Assembly: GCA_964016885.1 (NCBI GenBank)
Contig: OZ024742.1
Span: 99,820,001-99,884,000, forward strand
Reading direction: 5' to 3'
Length of the DNA: 64,000 bases
Source: Eledone cirrhosa
Lineage: Eukaryota
Shown here: piece after piece, positions 14,044 through 29,106 of the stretch
How the letters are laid out: each line of letters begins with the position of its first letter
Position numbering within the stretch: position 1 is the stretch's first letter
Notes under the pieces: generated by a model
Told to the model about the DNA's origin: nothing
Databases searched by the model: none
Seen by the model: the letters and a program-made list of their open reading frames with translations, nothing else
Position numbers and translations under genes: made by a program

Positions 14044-15184
14044 GTAAAAAAAAGCAGACGAAGAATAAGAGAGAAAATACGATAACGAAAAAGAAAGAGA
14101 AAAGAAAGAGAAGAGGAGATAGAAGTGGTTAAGAAGGATTTGTAAGGAGAAAGAGAGAGTTGGATAAGAAGAAAGACGAATAAAGAGAGTGAAAACTGTA
14201 TAGTGAGTGTGTGTAAGCGTATGTGAGTGAATGAGTGGTTAAAGAGAGATATGCAGTTTGCTTTATGAGGTTTTCTTCCTCTAGAACTATGAGAGATCTT
14301 CTGATCAAATACTTCTCTAAAACAATTCAAACACAAAATCCGTAAACTACGAAACATACATTAGGGAAGGAAAAGGAAAAGTTCAGTACTTCAAACAGAT
14401 TACAATTCTCAAACATAATGTATTTCATTCTTTTACTGTTTTTACTGGAATGCGATTCTGGTTAGACAACACATTGAAAGGATTTAGACCATTATACCGA
14501 ACCCAGTATTTATTTTCTGAAATCCGGTACATATTTATCGACCTATTTTTTGTTGAACCGCTACAATCATGGATATATACAGACAGCAAATGAAAACAAA
14601 GACACAGACACACATCTGGGTGAGGGGCGGACACCACCAGATTTAAAATGCCCCAACATATTGATTAGCCAACGATAAGGTGGAAGAGATAGAGAATATA
14701 CAAAAGATAATACAAATATTTTTCACTTATTGGGCGTTAAGACAGAGAGAGAGAGAGTGTGTGTGTGTGTGTATGTGTGTGAGAGAGAGAGAGAGGGAGA
14801 GAGAGGGAGAAAGAGGGAGAGAGAGGGAGAGAGAGAATAAATGAGAAGAGACAGTCAAACACATACAGGGGTGGGGAACATATCAATAAGAAAATAGCGT
14901 CCCGCGTGGCTAAAATCTTACAAAATGAATTAAAAATATAAGAGCGAAGACGAAAAAAAAAAAAAAAGTACGAACCCTTTTTCAAATATAAATAAATAAA
15001 TATATTTTTTTTTCTTTTGTGTGTGTTTCGCTTCCCTAATTTGTCTGAGTGTTGCGCCAGTTCTATGTGAGGATAGAATCTTTATTTTTATATAATCTAT
15101 TGAGTCCCCGTTTCCAGTTTAGCTTGAATGTGTTCCTTTAATATTCCTCCTATGCTATGAGATGTCTTTATATACACATACATA

Positions 15185-15910
15185 TATAAGGTTTTTATGT
15201 ATTTCATTAACTTTCTTTACATTCTTCCTATGAAGGAAAGGCTAGTTTCTAACAAAGAAAGCAAACGTCCTCATTGATAACAACCACAACAGGACTAAAA
15301 CAACAAGGACGAAATAATAAACAATGATGATTTACATGTAATCTTTTAGCCAAGTCTTAAATACTTTTACTTGTTTTCCTTGAAGATTGCATTCGGTGTG
15401 TACGTGTTAGAGAGTGTTTTTCTTTGTATGAAAAATACCAGCTTTTGGAAGATTGTTACTGGAATACTTTGTAAGTTAATCAATAGTGCGGATTATTACA
15501 GGTACATATAACCAAGTAGAGATGTTGGAGGTAGAGATGTTGGAGGATTTGAAGCAGTTGGTCATAAAAATTCTCTTCCTTTCTCACTAATTATGAATGA
15601 GATGTTCTTATCCGCTGAGAAGCTGACCTCCCCTAAAGGTGAATAATTTTCGCTTTCTGTCACAAGGTGTCAGCAGCGTTATTTCCATTTGTAAGGAAGG
15701 CTTGATGAAAATTTTCAACCAATATTCCTTGTCTTGAAACGTGTGAATATTCTCAATGTCAGAAATATTTATTACATTTTCTCAGAGCATTTCTTCTTAC
15801 AGATGACATTGTATATTGCTTTAGCAACAACGTTATGCCACGTAGCATCATAATATCTTCATGGCATTTTGGGGCAGCTGCTGATCACACATGTAATGTC
15901 TTTCAAAGTT
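15185..15910 (-). mobile_element. Highly decayed R4/Dong-like LINE
   Basis: DITCVISSCPKM remnant near 15860-15900, and a 3' UTR resembling that of the 5.0 and 6.8 kb copies. Confidence 0.5.
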
Positions 15911-16026
15911 GTGTGACAAGCTGCATTTTCCATAGCATCATGGGGATTTTAAAGGTTTCGCTGTCACTTTTGTTCAACGGGTACTTCATAGATCTCTTAC
16001 TCTCTTTCTTTCTAACCCCCCCCCCC

Positions 16027-16057
<31 letters not shown>

Positions 16058-17356
16058 CATATCTACCTATCTACCTATCTATCTATCTATTTATCTATAT
16101 GTCTATTTATCTCTATTTTGCTATGATTTTGCAAAAGTATAGCCTTTGAAATCCGGTATGATGTATCGGTTTCGAGTCTTAGACAAGTTGTATTTTCTAT
16201 TAATGTTAGCATATTTTTCAATTTACCTAGAAACATACTCCTGTGTTTTCTCTTGGTTCTCTTGTAGGGTCTTGTTAAGATAAATCTGTCTTGCAGTTCA
16301 AGATTCGCATGGAATATAATCGAAGAATGATTGCTTCCGCGGACGTTTACTTGCCACTCACAAATATCATTCTCATCACTTATGAATATGTTATTGATGT
16401 ATTTCTCTTTGCCGGTGTTACTATGATTATTTTTGTTTAAACCCAGGTGAACCTGATCGACGAAACGTACGGTCATTGATTTTCAGTCATAGCCATCTTA
16501 TCAAATCCCACGTCAATGTCGCCTGAACTACGCTATTAAACATGCCATCCTGCTCTTTAAATTATACAGTAATTTTTTAGAAGAATTGTCATCTATGTTT
16601 TCTACCAGATCAAGTGACTATATCAAAACACCTCGTTCACTCATTGTTGTGATATAGGAGTTGCTGAGAAATGTTACATGAAATTCAAAAGCTTCTACCG
16701 TCATCTATACTGCTATAAATCCTCTCCAATGTAAGATTACAGTGGATGTCAGAATGTTGCGGTTTTAATATTAAAGAGCAAAATTCATCAAGTCTGTCAA
16801 GTGTTGACGTAAAATATAGAAATAATTCAATATAGATAAAATTGTTAATTAAAATACTAAAGAGAAAATTTGTAAAACCTAGCAAACACAAAAGTTAATA
16901 CAAAGGAAAAGGCATTTATTATATCAATAAATGAGCAAGTAAATCCTTCCCGCACACATTTTCCCTATTGTTTATTTGGCCTCTACTTGCTCAGCTTTAT
17001 TTTAGCATAACGCACGCCGTAACATTCCTCATTTGGTATTGGTGTTCAACCTATTACTGTTTACTTAAACTTTACCAAAAGTGTGTGTACACTGAATATA
17101 TACGAATATAATTTTTGCAGCTCCCCTGCTTGACATCACCATCACTCTTCATTTGTTTTCTTTAGAGAAGTGTTGTATTAATCCCGATATATCATGAAAT
17201 ATAATGTAGAAATGTAAACTATTGTTATATTGTTTTTCTTTCACTTACTTCACTCTAGTTTTGCTTCTTTATTACAAATATGTTTGTACCATCTTTGCCA
17301 AAACAGCTCTAACCAGATATTTCATAAATCGTCATATAAAATGTAATGCCATTATT

Positions 17357-17545
17357 GGTGAATTGGCAGCATCGGTAGAGCGTCAGACACCATGCTTTAC
17401 AGCATAGAGGTATGGCCCTTTACGTTCTCAGTTCAAATCCTGCCGAGGTAAACTTTGCCTTTCATCCTTACGGGGTCGATAAAATAAAGTACCAGTAATG
17501 CTCTGGGATAATTGCTGTCCTTGTGCCAAAAGTAGAAACAATTAT
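17357..17545 (+). mobile_element. tRNA-derived SINE
   Basis: Full head-core-tail of the family seen at 9075. Confidence 0.88.
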
Positions 17546-18204
17546 TTGGTAATTAACCTATTGTGTACACGTAAATTTATTTTTACTCTGACTGACAAAT
17601 ATATATACTGGGCCAATGTGCACATCAGGTGCAGATGGACAATATTACAGAGCATGTACTTTCTCTTCCAAAATATAAGGGTGAGATGTTTGGCAGTTAT
17701 TGTTAGAAGACTCAACGAGAGTCTACACGGTGCCTTGTTCGCTTGACGAAAAAGAGAATTAGAAACATATTACTTAATGTATATTTTATGTTTCAAGACA
17801 GCAGAATGTGTTTTGAGAGATATTTGACTGGTATTTCTTGCAGCTTGAATGATGGTGGTGCCTAGTCCGCCGATCGAAAACTAAATTTCGAATATATGAA
17901 AGCAACTCTCTTACATGAGACTTCTCATAGCTAATGGCAATAACGACAATATTGATTTGAAACATTGGCAGAAGGCCAGAAATATAAAAGAGGGGAGGGG
18001 GTAATGTATATCACATTAGCTCTTTCCTAATAAATATTGCGGCCATGTACCAATTGTAGAAATCAATATTTATGATGATTTCGATCGAAATGGATTATCG
18101 TTAAAAGGTATTGTTAAACACCAGAATTCGATCAGATTTGTGGTCTGTATCGGTAAAATTCAGTTCAATTCAATAGTTTGAAAATGTGGGTTATATATAT
18201 ATAT

Positions 18205-18318
<114 letters not shown>

Positions 18319-19060
18319 AAGTTATTCAAAAGGTCTGGAGTAGTAACGGTGGCCTTTGTATGTCCTCTCATACTGGAGAGATCGTTAGCGTTTGTGTTCC
18401 ACTTGTATATCTCTAGCGCGAGGTGTGGAGCTTAGTTGTTAGGGTGTTCGGCTCTCGGCCATAATGGCCTGAGTTTGATTTTCTGTGGTGCATTAAGTCT
18501 TTGGTCAAATACATTATAACACGTTGCTTCAGTCATCTCAGCAGGACAGATTCTTTAGTTCGGAACTGACGAAAATAACGGAGTAAATATATCAGGTGAA
18601 TGTTAACATCTTGAGCAAAGCTTTCTACAAAGATATTTACAACGCTACACTTTAATATCTCCATATACATATGTATGTGTAGAGTGGGTAAGAATTTAGC
18701 TTCGTAATCATTTATGTTTTATTGTGCAAGTGTCTTTACTATAGCCCTGAGTCGACTCAGGCTTTGTGGGTGAAACTGAATGGACGGAAATTTGCGAAAG
18801 CTAGTCAGATGGGACAGTGTATGTAATTAAAATATGCCGCCTTGTAATACACGTTTCACACTGAATCAGCTTAGGAATTGTATGAAGAGAACAATTGTGT
18901 GTGGGATACTCAGCCACTCACTTCAAGTGTCAATCGATTACTTAGTTGAACGACTGAACGCTTTCGTCGAAATCCTCTATATCATGGATATTTGTTGTAT
19001 GTGTATGAATTCTCAAATATCAATTAGCACAGATGATTAAATTGCTATTTTCACTAATAA

Positions 19061-20807
19061 CACCGTGTAACAAAAAAAAAATGTTTCTCTTCCTGGCTTG
19101 TAATCACTTTTTTTTTTGTTTTGCTTAGGTCCCAAATAAATGTTTTTTAAAAGTGCTATTAAACAGTTAAAAGTTTGGGTTTGTAAAAATTCTAAGCTAT
19201 TTACTAGAATTATTTGTATGCTGGATTTTACGCTGTATGTAAGTTTAATTTACTTATGTTAAATTATTTTTTTAATATATATTTCAGGTTAAATTAAATT
19301 AGAAAATAAAGAGTAATACCTAAAGAAAATTATAAAAGTGCAATAAAGTGTAAAATTGTTAAAATGTGGATTAAAGAGATTTATTGATACTGAATTTTCG
19401 CACCCTGAATAAAGGGTAAGTTGTGTTTTAAGCATTCATCTCCAGGATGAAGCAGTAGAACTTGGTCAAGGAGGAAGTGTAGGTGACAAGTTAGAGAAGT
19501 CGACACGAACTTTTCTCAGGCTTTTACACTCTTAGGGATGGCCTCTGCTTCTGCCATGACGTGCCTGGACTGTTTGACGTTATTGGGGTGCCGTTTGTTC
19601 CCAAGGAGTGGCGGCTATTTATAGACAGCTCCACCACAAGTTTGAAGGCTGTCCTCCTCCACAATAGAAACAAGTTCCCGGCACTGCCCCTAACTCATTC
19701 AGTCTGCCCGAAGGAAGATTACTACAGTGTGAAAGTCCTCTTGGAAGCTCTGCAATACAACCAGTACAATTGGGAAATCATTGGAGACTTCAAGATCGTG
19801 GCTTTCCTGATTGGACTCCAAGGAGGCTTTATCAAATTCCAATGCTTCCTCTGACTTTGGGACAGCAGAGCCACCTCTGACCACTACAAGAGAAAGAACT
19901 GGGAGCAGCGAACAGAATTTGTAGTTGGGACCCGGAACGTCATGTGCGAGCCACTGGTTGATCCCATGATTGTGCTCATGCCGTCACTGCACATTAAGTT
20001 GGGGTTGATGAAGCAGTTTGTGAAGGCTCCCAACCAAGAATCAGCCGCTTTTAAGTACCTTCTTGAGTTCTTCCCCAAGTTATCTGAGGCCAAAATCAAA
20101 GGTGGAATTTTTGTTGGACCTCAGAATAAGAAGGTGTTTGAGTCTACCGAGTTCTCCAATAAGCTCAATAGGATTGAGAGAACAGCATGGAACTGTTTCA
20201 AGGCAGTTGTTAAGGGCTTTCTGGGCAACTACAGAGCTGAAAACTACCAGCAACTGGTGCAGGATCTGATAAAGGCTTTTGGCGCCATGAGATGCAGGAT
20301 GTCGCTTAAACTCCATATGCTGGACGCTCACCAGGAAAAATTCAAGGACAATATGGGCGCCTACTCAGAAAAACAAGGCGAACGATTCCACCAAGACGTG
20401 AAAGAGATAGAGCGGAGGTATCAGGGTCACTACAATGAAAGAATTATGGGGGACTATATCTGGGTGCTAGTGCGGGAATGCGACCTGGACTACAGCCGCA
20501 AATCCAGGAAATCCAGTCATTTATGACGTATATAAGTTGCTTTATAAGTGTTATTTGTTTTACTTGTTTGCTTTTGATAAGCTTGTGTAATAAAATAAAT
20601 ATATACTCTGTTGATTTAATTATTTGATCTGATAAATTTTAAAAAAATGTGTTTTTTTCTTGAAAAATGTGAAAGTTTCGAAATATCAAACTCCTGACCA
20701 CAAACCCAAACTTCTGATTAAATAATAGTGTTTTTTTATAATAATGGGATATAACAAACCATGAAATGACACTTAGAACCGGGGAACAAAAAATATGTTA
20801 TAATCTG
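19061..20807 (+). mobile_element. Chapaev3-like (CMC) DNA transposon, internally deleted
   Basis: Left terminus CACCGTGTAACAAAAA..TTCCTGG has a degenerate inverted counterpart at about 20715-20807; transposase inside. Family assignment is from recalled motifs. Confidence 0.7.
19540..20526 (+). pseudogene. DDE transposase C-terminal part (Chapaev3-like) with an in-frame stop
   Basis: WRLFIDSS..SLKAVLLHN, GDFKIVAFLIGLQGG, CFL*LWDSRA, LHIKLGLMKQFVKA, GIFVGPQ, QGERFHQD..ERRYQG. Confidence 0.85.
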
Positions 20808-23018
20808 TTGAGGTTAAGACCAGTCAAGAAGTAAAACAGGTTGGCCTCTATGGTGTTAATAATATATTTGTTATGGATACTACATGTTTTCAAGACTAAA
20901 TATAAGAGCACTATGTTCGGTATAAGGAATAAATGATCAAAGCTGAGAAAATAAATCTTCATACTCTAGCCCTTGATATAAAATTGACATCACGGATTGA
21001 CCTTTGGGGCTGCTCCGTGATGATTCGATCGTCTATCGGCATGATATGGATCTTCACAAACACAGCTTTAATCTGATTATTCATCAACACGAACATCAAC
21101 AACATTAACAATAGCATCAATAGCAACAAAAATAACGCCACAAAGCTCACATTGTAGAGAGGGAATGGGGACAACAATACAGTTTTAAGCCAATCAACTT
21201 GACACAAGCCGACATGTAAAGGTTCGGTTAGTGTTTAGTTAGTCGGCCCTTCATCATATCCAATAAATCCTCACCACGCCGTAACACATCTACCACCACC
21301 ACCAATATTGCTACCACCCCCACGATCACCACCACTACCACCACCTCCATCACCACACCACCACATCACCGCATCTCAAATATTGTGCTTCACATCAGAG
21401 ATGATACTAATCATTGACGACAACACCAATAGAAGTAACAATAGTATCAAGATCAACAAAAACGATGTACAACAACAAAATCAAATACGACAACAACAAC
21501 AGAAGTGTTAGGTGATATTTTAACCGATCCATGCACCGCCAACTTAATCATTGACAACAAATACAATAGCAATAACAATAGCAACAGCAATAACAAAAAA
21601 CGGCTTCGACATCAACAGAGATGATAGTTGTTGTTATTTTAATCCAACTAGGCATTGTCACCACAATCCTTCCTCGCCACTACACCCCTCGAATCACCAA
21701 TTGTAAGAAGGAATCTCATAGTGGCCCCCACTTCAATTAAACCATCATATTTCTATTCTAAACGACTGAGTGACAGACAAACACATTTCAGAGTGACAAG
21801 CTGTGTTGAATTCAAAACAAAAATGGACAACATCTCTTTTTTCTTTAGAAAAATTTGATTCTAAATTACATTCTTCTTTTCTTCAAATTCTTCTGACTTC
21901 TTGTCTTTCATTTTCTTTTTCAATTAAACCAAAATTTTTGCTCCAAAACAGGACCGGGGAAAAATAAAATGAAATACCAAATAACATAAATATGAAATAA
22001 TAAAATAATATAATATTGTAATATTGTAATATTGCGGGGAGGAATATGAAAAGACAGCGATGACGACGACAATGGGGATAATAATTAATAATAATAGTAA
22101 TAAGGATTTCTTTATAGTCATAACAATCATTCCAACAATGATAACAACAATAAAATGATAATAAACAAAAATAATAATGATAACAATAATGAAATCAATA
22201 AAAAAAAATTAATAATAAAAGTAATACTCATAATAATAATAATAACAAAAATATTAATAACAAAACAACAATAATGATAATGGTGATAATAATAATAATG
22301 AAACGACTGCGGCTTACAAAATAAAAAACGATCACAAAATTGCACAATACCTTCTTGCAATAAAAAATAAATATAACAAAACTAAATTACAAATGAAAGA
22401 AAAACAATTTCAATTTTTCTTAGAAAAATCACACACAATAAGACATGAATAATTCAATGATTAGGTTATGAAAAATTAAACCACAAACACTTTAGAGCGA
22501 AGTATTATATTTGCTGCGGTATTACTGTCAGAGGCTGGACGAGGTGAATTTGAATACGGAAATTTCCGTGAAAACAACAAAGAGTTCCTTCTTCCGTTTT
22601 ATGGTCGGTTTATTTCAATTCTGTCGATATTTGTTTCGTCATTATTATTATTATTATTGATATTATTATCATTATTGTTATTATCATAGTTGCTATTGTT
22701 ATTTATTTAATTTTTTCTTTAATCACGGTTTCTCTCTAAAGTTACGATGAAAGAAATTTAAGATGGCTGAAACAGTCCTTTCTTTCCGTCTCTCTTACTC
22801 TCTATCTCTATCACTCCCACTCATTCCCTTCTCTTTCTGACTTTCTTCATTTCTTTCTTTCTCCCTGTCTTTCCTTCTTCTCTTCTTCCGCTCTTTCTCA
22901 CCTTTTGGGGTTTTTTAAAACTTTTTATTTATTTTTATCAATCTTTATTCATTTCCTCTTCTGTTTTCACCTCTTGCTCAACCCCCCTCATCATCATCAT
23001 CATTATCACCAACAAACC

Positions 23019-23082
23019 TTCTTCTTCTTCTTCTTCTTCTTCTTCTTCTTCTTCTTCTTCTTCTTCTTCTTCTTCTTCTTCA
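23019..23082 (+). repeat. (TTC)n microsatellite
   Basis: Direct reading. Confidence 0.95.
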
Positions 23083-23197
23083 ATCTAATTAACATGGGGT
23101 GTGTTTTAATATCTGTTGTCCCCTATTGTGAAGCCCCTTCACTCATTCCTATTACTATTACCATTATTATTACTATTATTGCTACCATTATTATAAA

Positions 23198-23232
<35 letters not shown>

Positions 23233-23683
23233 ATTCATCAATGTCATTCTACCCTTTTCCCAGAGGTGTGTGGACCAAAGACTGACTATGTCTTTCATCC
23301 CTTTCCGATATCCCTAAGGGGTTACTCAACTAATTACCAGTAATATATTACTGATCGATCTAAATGACTATAACCCCTAACCCCACTCCGCCCGCTTTCA
23401 CAAGCAATAACAATTATTTCAGATGGTTGGTGGTAGAATCGATAGAGGGATGGACAATAAATTGTATCGAATATAATAGTGACTCTTTTTGTTCTGAGTT
23501 CAAGCCCCAACTGTGTGGAGCTTACCTTACATTCGTGTAGCAATACCAGTTATAATATATGTCATTTCAATTGACTGCATCTCTAATCTGTGGTGACAAA
23601 CTAATAATGTAAGAACTCATTTGGATGAAAGGATACGCAAGGTTTCGGACAAAAGCCCTTTTATCTTGTACATACACACTCAA

Positions 23684-23768
<85 letters not shown>

Positions 23769-24513
23769 ATTCTCTCTCTCCCATTCTCTCTCTCTCACAC
23801 ACATACACATTCACATATATATATGTATATATGTATAAATGGATGATCTTCCAACCAATATATATATATATATATATTTATAGGTTGGAAGATCGTCCAT
23901 ATTTTCCGATTCCAGGAGTACCTCACGCGATAGTTTTGCATATGCATTCTTCCGTAGTCGAGGAAATGAGTATCATTAAGGTCTGCATTCTCACATCACA
24001 AAAGGTTTTCTTGTTTTTATGATGAATATCAAATGTTTAGACACGCAATATTAAAAGAAACCGTAAATGTAATGTAAAATATATTACTTAATTATGGAAA
24101 TTAATGTTATATAAATGGCATGGTATCTTAGCAGTCTGTTATACGTTCTATAATGACATGTAATTATCATAACGTTATGTAATTTCTACGTCTTACAATG
24201 ACATAAATCTATGTACTCCTAACACCTGATGCTGTAGGTTAGCATAACTTGTGTCATTTATAAGGGATCTTGTAAAACATCCCCTTCTCTGTGTCCAAAG
24301 ACAACACATTTCATCTAGAGAAAATGAAAGAGAGTGGTAGAAAGAAGTGAGAAGGAGATAGAGAGGAATAATACAGCTCAGTAATGAACTAGTACATTTT
24401 TGTATAGACCTCGTAAGGTTAAAATGCAGAATTGACCTTGACAGGATTTGAACCTAGAGCGCAGAGAGCGGAATCGAATACCATAAATCTTTCTATCCGA
24501 CATTCTAACGACT

Positions 24514-24959
24514 CTGCCAATTCAACATATGTGCAATGATATATAAATGTTATATTCTCATAGTCATCAGTTTTGTGATCAACGAAGACATAGAAGTTAT
24601 AACATCTTAGTAATCTGCTATCTATCTATATAATACTAAAACTCTGTGATTGCTTGCTTGCTTGATTGTCTGTAATGTAATACAGCCAAAAGGGCGCATA
24701 AAGGGAAAATACTTTGAAAGGAAGTTGATCCTGAAGTGGGAATACAAATGGAATAAAACAAGTTTCGCGTAAATCGGAGCACGTGTTCCCGAGATATGGA
24801 GTTTTTCCGGATACCTTCATAAATAGATAGAGAGAAAGATAGACAAAAAGAGATAGTGGTTGTGAGAGAATATATTGAAAGAGAGACATAGAGAGAGGGG
24901 GAGGAGATAGAGAAGGAGAATGGAAGAGAGAGCTGATAGTGTTGTGTGTACATATATAT

Positions 24960-24998
<39 letters not shown>

Positions 24999-25412
24999 AT
25001 GACCAGTGTATATAGATCACAGACACCCACATATACATATATATATATATACGCACACACATACATATATATGTGTGTATACATGCACACACATTTATAA
25101 ATATACATATATATATACATATATACATACACACACGTATATATATGGGCCTTCCAGTTTCATTTCACATTATATACATGTCTGTGTATATTTTAATAAT
25201 CTAAAAATGATTTTAAAGTGAAAATGATCTTTTAAAAATATTTTGAAGTGAACGTGACCCAACAGGTCATGGGTGGTCTAGAATGTTCTATAATTATAGA
25301 ACATAGAACAGATTACTAAGATGTTATAACTTCTATTTCCTCATGGAACACAGAACTGATGTCTATGAGATTATAACATTTATATATCATTGCACATGTG
25401 TTGAATTGGCAG
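24514..25412. repeat. Imperfect inverted duplication of about 125 bp (24514-24641 / 25285-25412)
   Basis: CTGCCAATTCAACATATGTGCAATGATATATAAATGTTATA..ACATCTTAGTAATCTG and its reverse complement. Confidence 0.85.
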
Positions 25413-26900
25413 TCACCATCGCGCCAACCTGCCCAGCCATGCACGCGATCTTTTCTTCTCAGCCAGCTTGACCGTCCTGAGGAAGAATGACACAGGCATC
25501 CGCCCCATCTCGGTGGGTAACATCTTCCGACGACTTGAAACCAAGAGAGCTTGCAAGTCAGTCAAAGACGATCTGAGCAAGGTGCTAAAACCTGTCAAGC
25601 TCGGAGTGGGTATCAAGTGCGGTTGTGAGGCCGCAGCTCAGGCAGCCAGACACTTCATAGAGCACGCGCCTCCCTCGTCACCCACCTCCTCGTGAAGCTG
25701 AAAATGAATAACGCCTTCAACAGTGTAAGATGGGATCACGTCCTAAAGACATGTCTTAGACGAGCCCCTTCTATCTACCCCGTCGTGCACCTCTCGTACG
25801 AAATACCCAGCTCACCCATGGCCGCTGACAACAGGGTTACTTACGCTACAGGTGTCCAGCAGGAGAACCCACACGGCTCGGTCCTATTCGCGCTGGCAGT
25901 CGACGACATAGCCCGGTCAGTCTGGTCACTCATCAACGTCTGGTACCTCCACGGCGCGACACTGGGCGGCCGGGCTAAGAGATCTACCCAACCAAGTCTG
26001 AGGTGACCAACATCAGCTACAGAGAGGCCGAATTCCGCAACGCTGTACTCTGCTCCCATCCCATCCCATCCTAGCCGGGGTGAGGCTGACAACCAAAGAC
26101 GTCGTATGCATTCTCGGCTCCCCCATTCTCCCGAAAGCCAGATGAAAATGCCTGGAGACCAAGCATGCGGATTTGTCCCGATTGGCAAAGAGGCTGGGCC
26201 TCGTTGACGCCTGTTTGAGCGTCATAAATGCCGTAGCGGGCCATTGTTGACAGGTTCGGCCTGCACCCTCTGTCTGGACGCCAGAAGCAGGCCGGTTCCC
26301 CAGAAGGAGCCTGGACACAGCTGGCTTTCCATCTCAACTGGAGCCAACTGGCCTAGACCGCGGAGATGGCAAGCGCCTCGACGGAATCACCATCTTTCTA
26401 TTCGAAGGAGCTATATCCCTCTTTTGAGACGCCACCTGGTGCGACATGTTCTCCGCCTCCAGGTTAGCCACTTCGACCCGCGTCGCAGAAGAACGTAAAT
26501 GGTAAAATAAACAAATACCGGGTTTTGTCCGGCCATTTCCTTTTCGCACCCGTCACCGTCGAGACCTCAGGCGTACTTGGGCTCCGTACAGCCGAACTCC
26601 TCCGCAAGATAGGAACGTCGGCGGTCAGTCTGAGGAAGGAGCTCCACGAGGTTGGGTGGCTGTTGCAACGGGTGTCACTGGGCATTGTCCGCGTGAATGC
26701 TTTTGTGGTCTTGTCCGCGGGGCATAGCCCTTCTGCCCCTTGCCCTAGCCCAAAGCTCCCTCCCCTCTCCCTTCCCTCTCTTCTGCGACACCAGAGTTCT
26801 TGCCACCCCCCCACCCCCCTCTTGCCGTTCTTTTTTTCTTTCTTTTTCTCTTTTTTCTCTATATTTTCCTATTCTGTTTTTACTTTGGTTTCCTTTCCTT
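25413..26900 (+). mobile_element. CRE-clade non-LTR retrotransposon, 5'-truncated with internal deletions
   Basis: GIRPISVGNIFRRL, LGVGIKCGCEAA, NAFNSV, GVQQENPHG, NVWYL; [34 protein letters not shown] restriction-like endonuclease; T-rich 3' end. Confidence 0.88.
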
Positions 26901-26959
26901 TTTTTTATTATTGCGGTTATTATCGTTGTCGCTATTATGTTTATATTATTACTTGTGAT

Positions 26960-27171
26960 GTAAATATAATCATTGTTTCTACTTTAGGCACAAGGCCAGC
27001 AATTTCCCAGTGCATTACTGGTACTTTATTTTATCGACCCCGTAAGGATGAAAGGCAAAGTCAACCTCGGCGCGATTTGAACTCAGATCGTAAAGGGACG
27101 TAACTATGCTGGAAAGCATGGCGTCCGACCCTCTACCGATACTGCCAATCCACCACCCTTGTAAATATAAT
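26960..27171 (-). mobile_element. tRNA-derived SINE with 12-bp TSD
   Basis: Family sequence flanked by TGTAAATATAAT on both sides; partial copies follow at 27190-27280 (-) and 27462-27550 (+). Confidence 0.88.
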
Positions 27172-27761
27172 AATGATGTTGATAATTATACTTGTTTCTA
27201 CTTTTGGCACAAGGCCAATAATTAACCAGTGCATTACTGGTACTTTATTTTATCGACCCCGTAAGGATGAATGGCAAAGGACTCACATTAAGAAAACATT
27301 AAAGACTTGCGAATATTTCATAGTCGAATGTAAAGAAAGATATTATAGTACATGTTATAATTCTATAGCACTCTCTTCTATGTTCTACAATGTTACATAA
27401 TTGATATCAATTATGACAGTCAACACTAAGTTCTATACTGACATTTAATTTTTATTATGTCTTGCCTTTCATCCCTACGAGGTCGATAAAATAAAGTACC
27501 AGTAATGCACTGGGTAATTGCTGACCTTGTGCCAAAAGAAGAAACAATTATGTCAAAGAATTTCGTGCTAGATTCTACAACGCCCTGTAATTGTTATAAC
27601 ATCATATATATAAATACATATTTAATACAAAGCGTGGTGTGCTCATGCACGGATGTGCTATAGAATAGCTTATAAAAGTGGGTGAATATCCTTAAAGACA
27701 GAAAAAGAAGTGGCGTCAGCAATCACTCTTCGCTAAATCATAACAAGAAGGGGAATATATT

Positions 27762-28007
27762 GGTCGTTAATAAATGATTTCTAGAATAGACACAAGGCCA
27801 GCAATTTGTGGGAGGGGAAAGTCGATTAAACGGAGTCAGTATATTACTGGTACGTTATTTTATCGACCCCGTAAGGATGAAAGGGAAAGTAAGCCTCAGC
27901 AGTATTTGAACTCAGACAGAAAAGGGCTGTAACTCTATGCTGCAAACCATAGTGCCTGACTCTCTACCAATGAGGCCAATCCACCGCCCTTTTGTCGTTA
28001 ATAAATG
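27762..28007 (-). mobile_element. tRNA-derived SINE with 14-bp TSD
   Basis: Flanked by GTCGTTAATAAATG on both sides. Confidence 0.88.
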
Positions 28008-29030
28008 GCCTGGATTCCAAGTTTCTCAAAACTAGAAAGTGTTGCTATGCGGAAGAAAATGGTTTACATTAAAAATATGAAGGAAAATGTTATGCTGGCC
28101 ATTACCACTTTTTAATTCGGTTCGCCGGACGTCTGTAAATGAAGGCAAAATCTATTGCTTTAAATTTTATTGTATTTTTAAACAAAGTCATAAAAACAAG
28201 CATTGATCACTATAATATACAAGACGGTCGATATAATCGATTTCCCCCTTCTCCCAAATTGCTAACCTTGTGCCAATGCTAGAAAGAATTATTATCACGT
28301 TGAGTTTCTCAAGGTGCCAACAGTAACTGTCTCCGTTATGTAACGTGGAAAAAATAAATTCCGTATTTTTAATGTTACAAAACTGATATACAAAATTCTA
28401 TTTTCATTATTTTTTTATATTAGATTTTAGAATTTCTTCTCTGTCCCGTATATTGATGATTTTATCGTTTGTTTTTATTTGCTGAAAAACAAACGTTAAT
28501 TTTCTGATTGATTATCGTCTGCTTTCTCGTTATTATTGCATGTATGTTGAACATTTAAAAAATAAGTATTTATTCTCAGTATGAATATTTATATTAAAAC
28601 AAAATTTATTAATACACTCATTGACTTGTTGTGATATTGTAGACTTTATGTGAATAAATTTCCTATTTGTAAACATAGATTGAACGAAATCTTTTGAATT
28701 ATTATGCAATAACCTAGGGAAGTCATCGTTAATCTTAATTTCTCTCTAGAATTGTGTTCCATTCAGATGGAAATGTCAACCCATGAATAAAAACACATAT
28801 ATGTTTTGGAAGATTCGTTATAACGTCGTATAGAATACTTTGCGGTATTTGTTCCAGCTCTCTGTTCTCTTAATTAAGAACCCGCTGAGGTCAACTTTGC
28901 ATTTCAGTATTTCGAGGTCGATAAAAACTACTAGTCTAGTTCTGGGTTCAATTTATTTTTATATATCTTTCTGACTGTCTCTCTCTGTCGATATGTCGCT
29001 CTCTCTCTCTCTCTCTCTATCTCTCTCACT

Positions 29031-29106
<76 letters not shown>

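Noticed and set aside
19852-19854. TGA at a conserved Cys position (CFL*LW) of the transposase as selenocysteine
   Set aside because: A single-base change from TGY in an internally deleted, decayed element; no SECIS recognised.
28030-28150. Possible minus-strand exon after a TTTTGCCTTCATTTACAG acceptor
   Set aside because: No recognisable peptide, no clear donor site and no partner exons.
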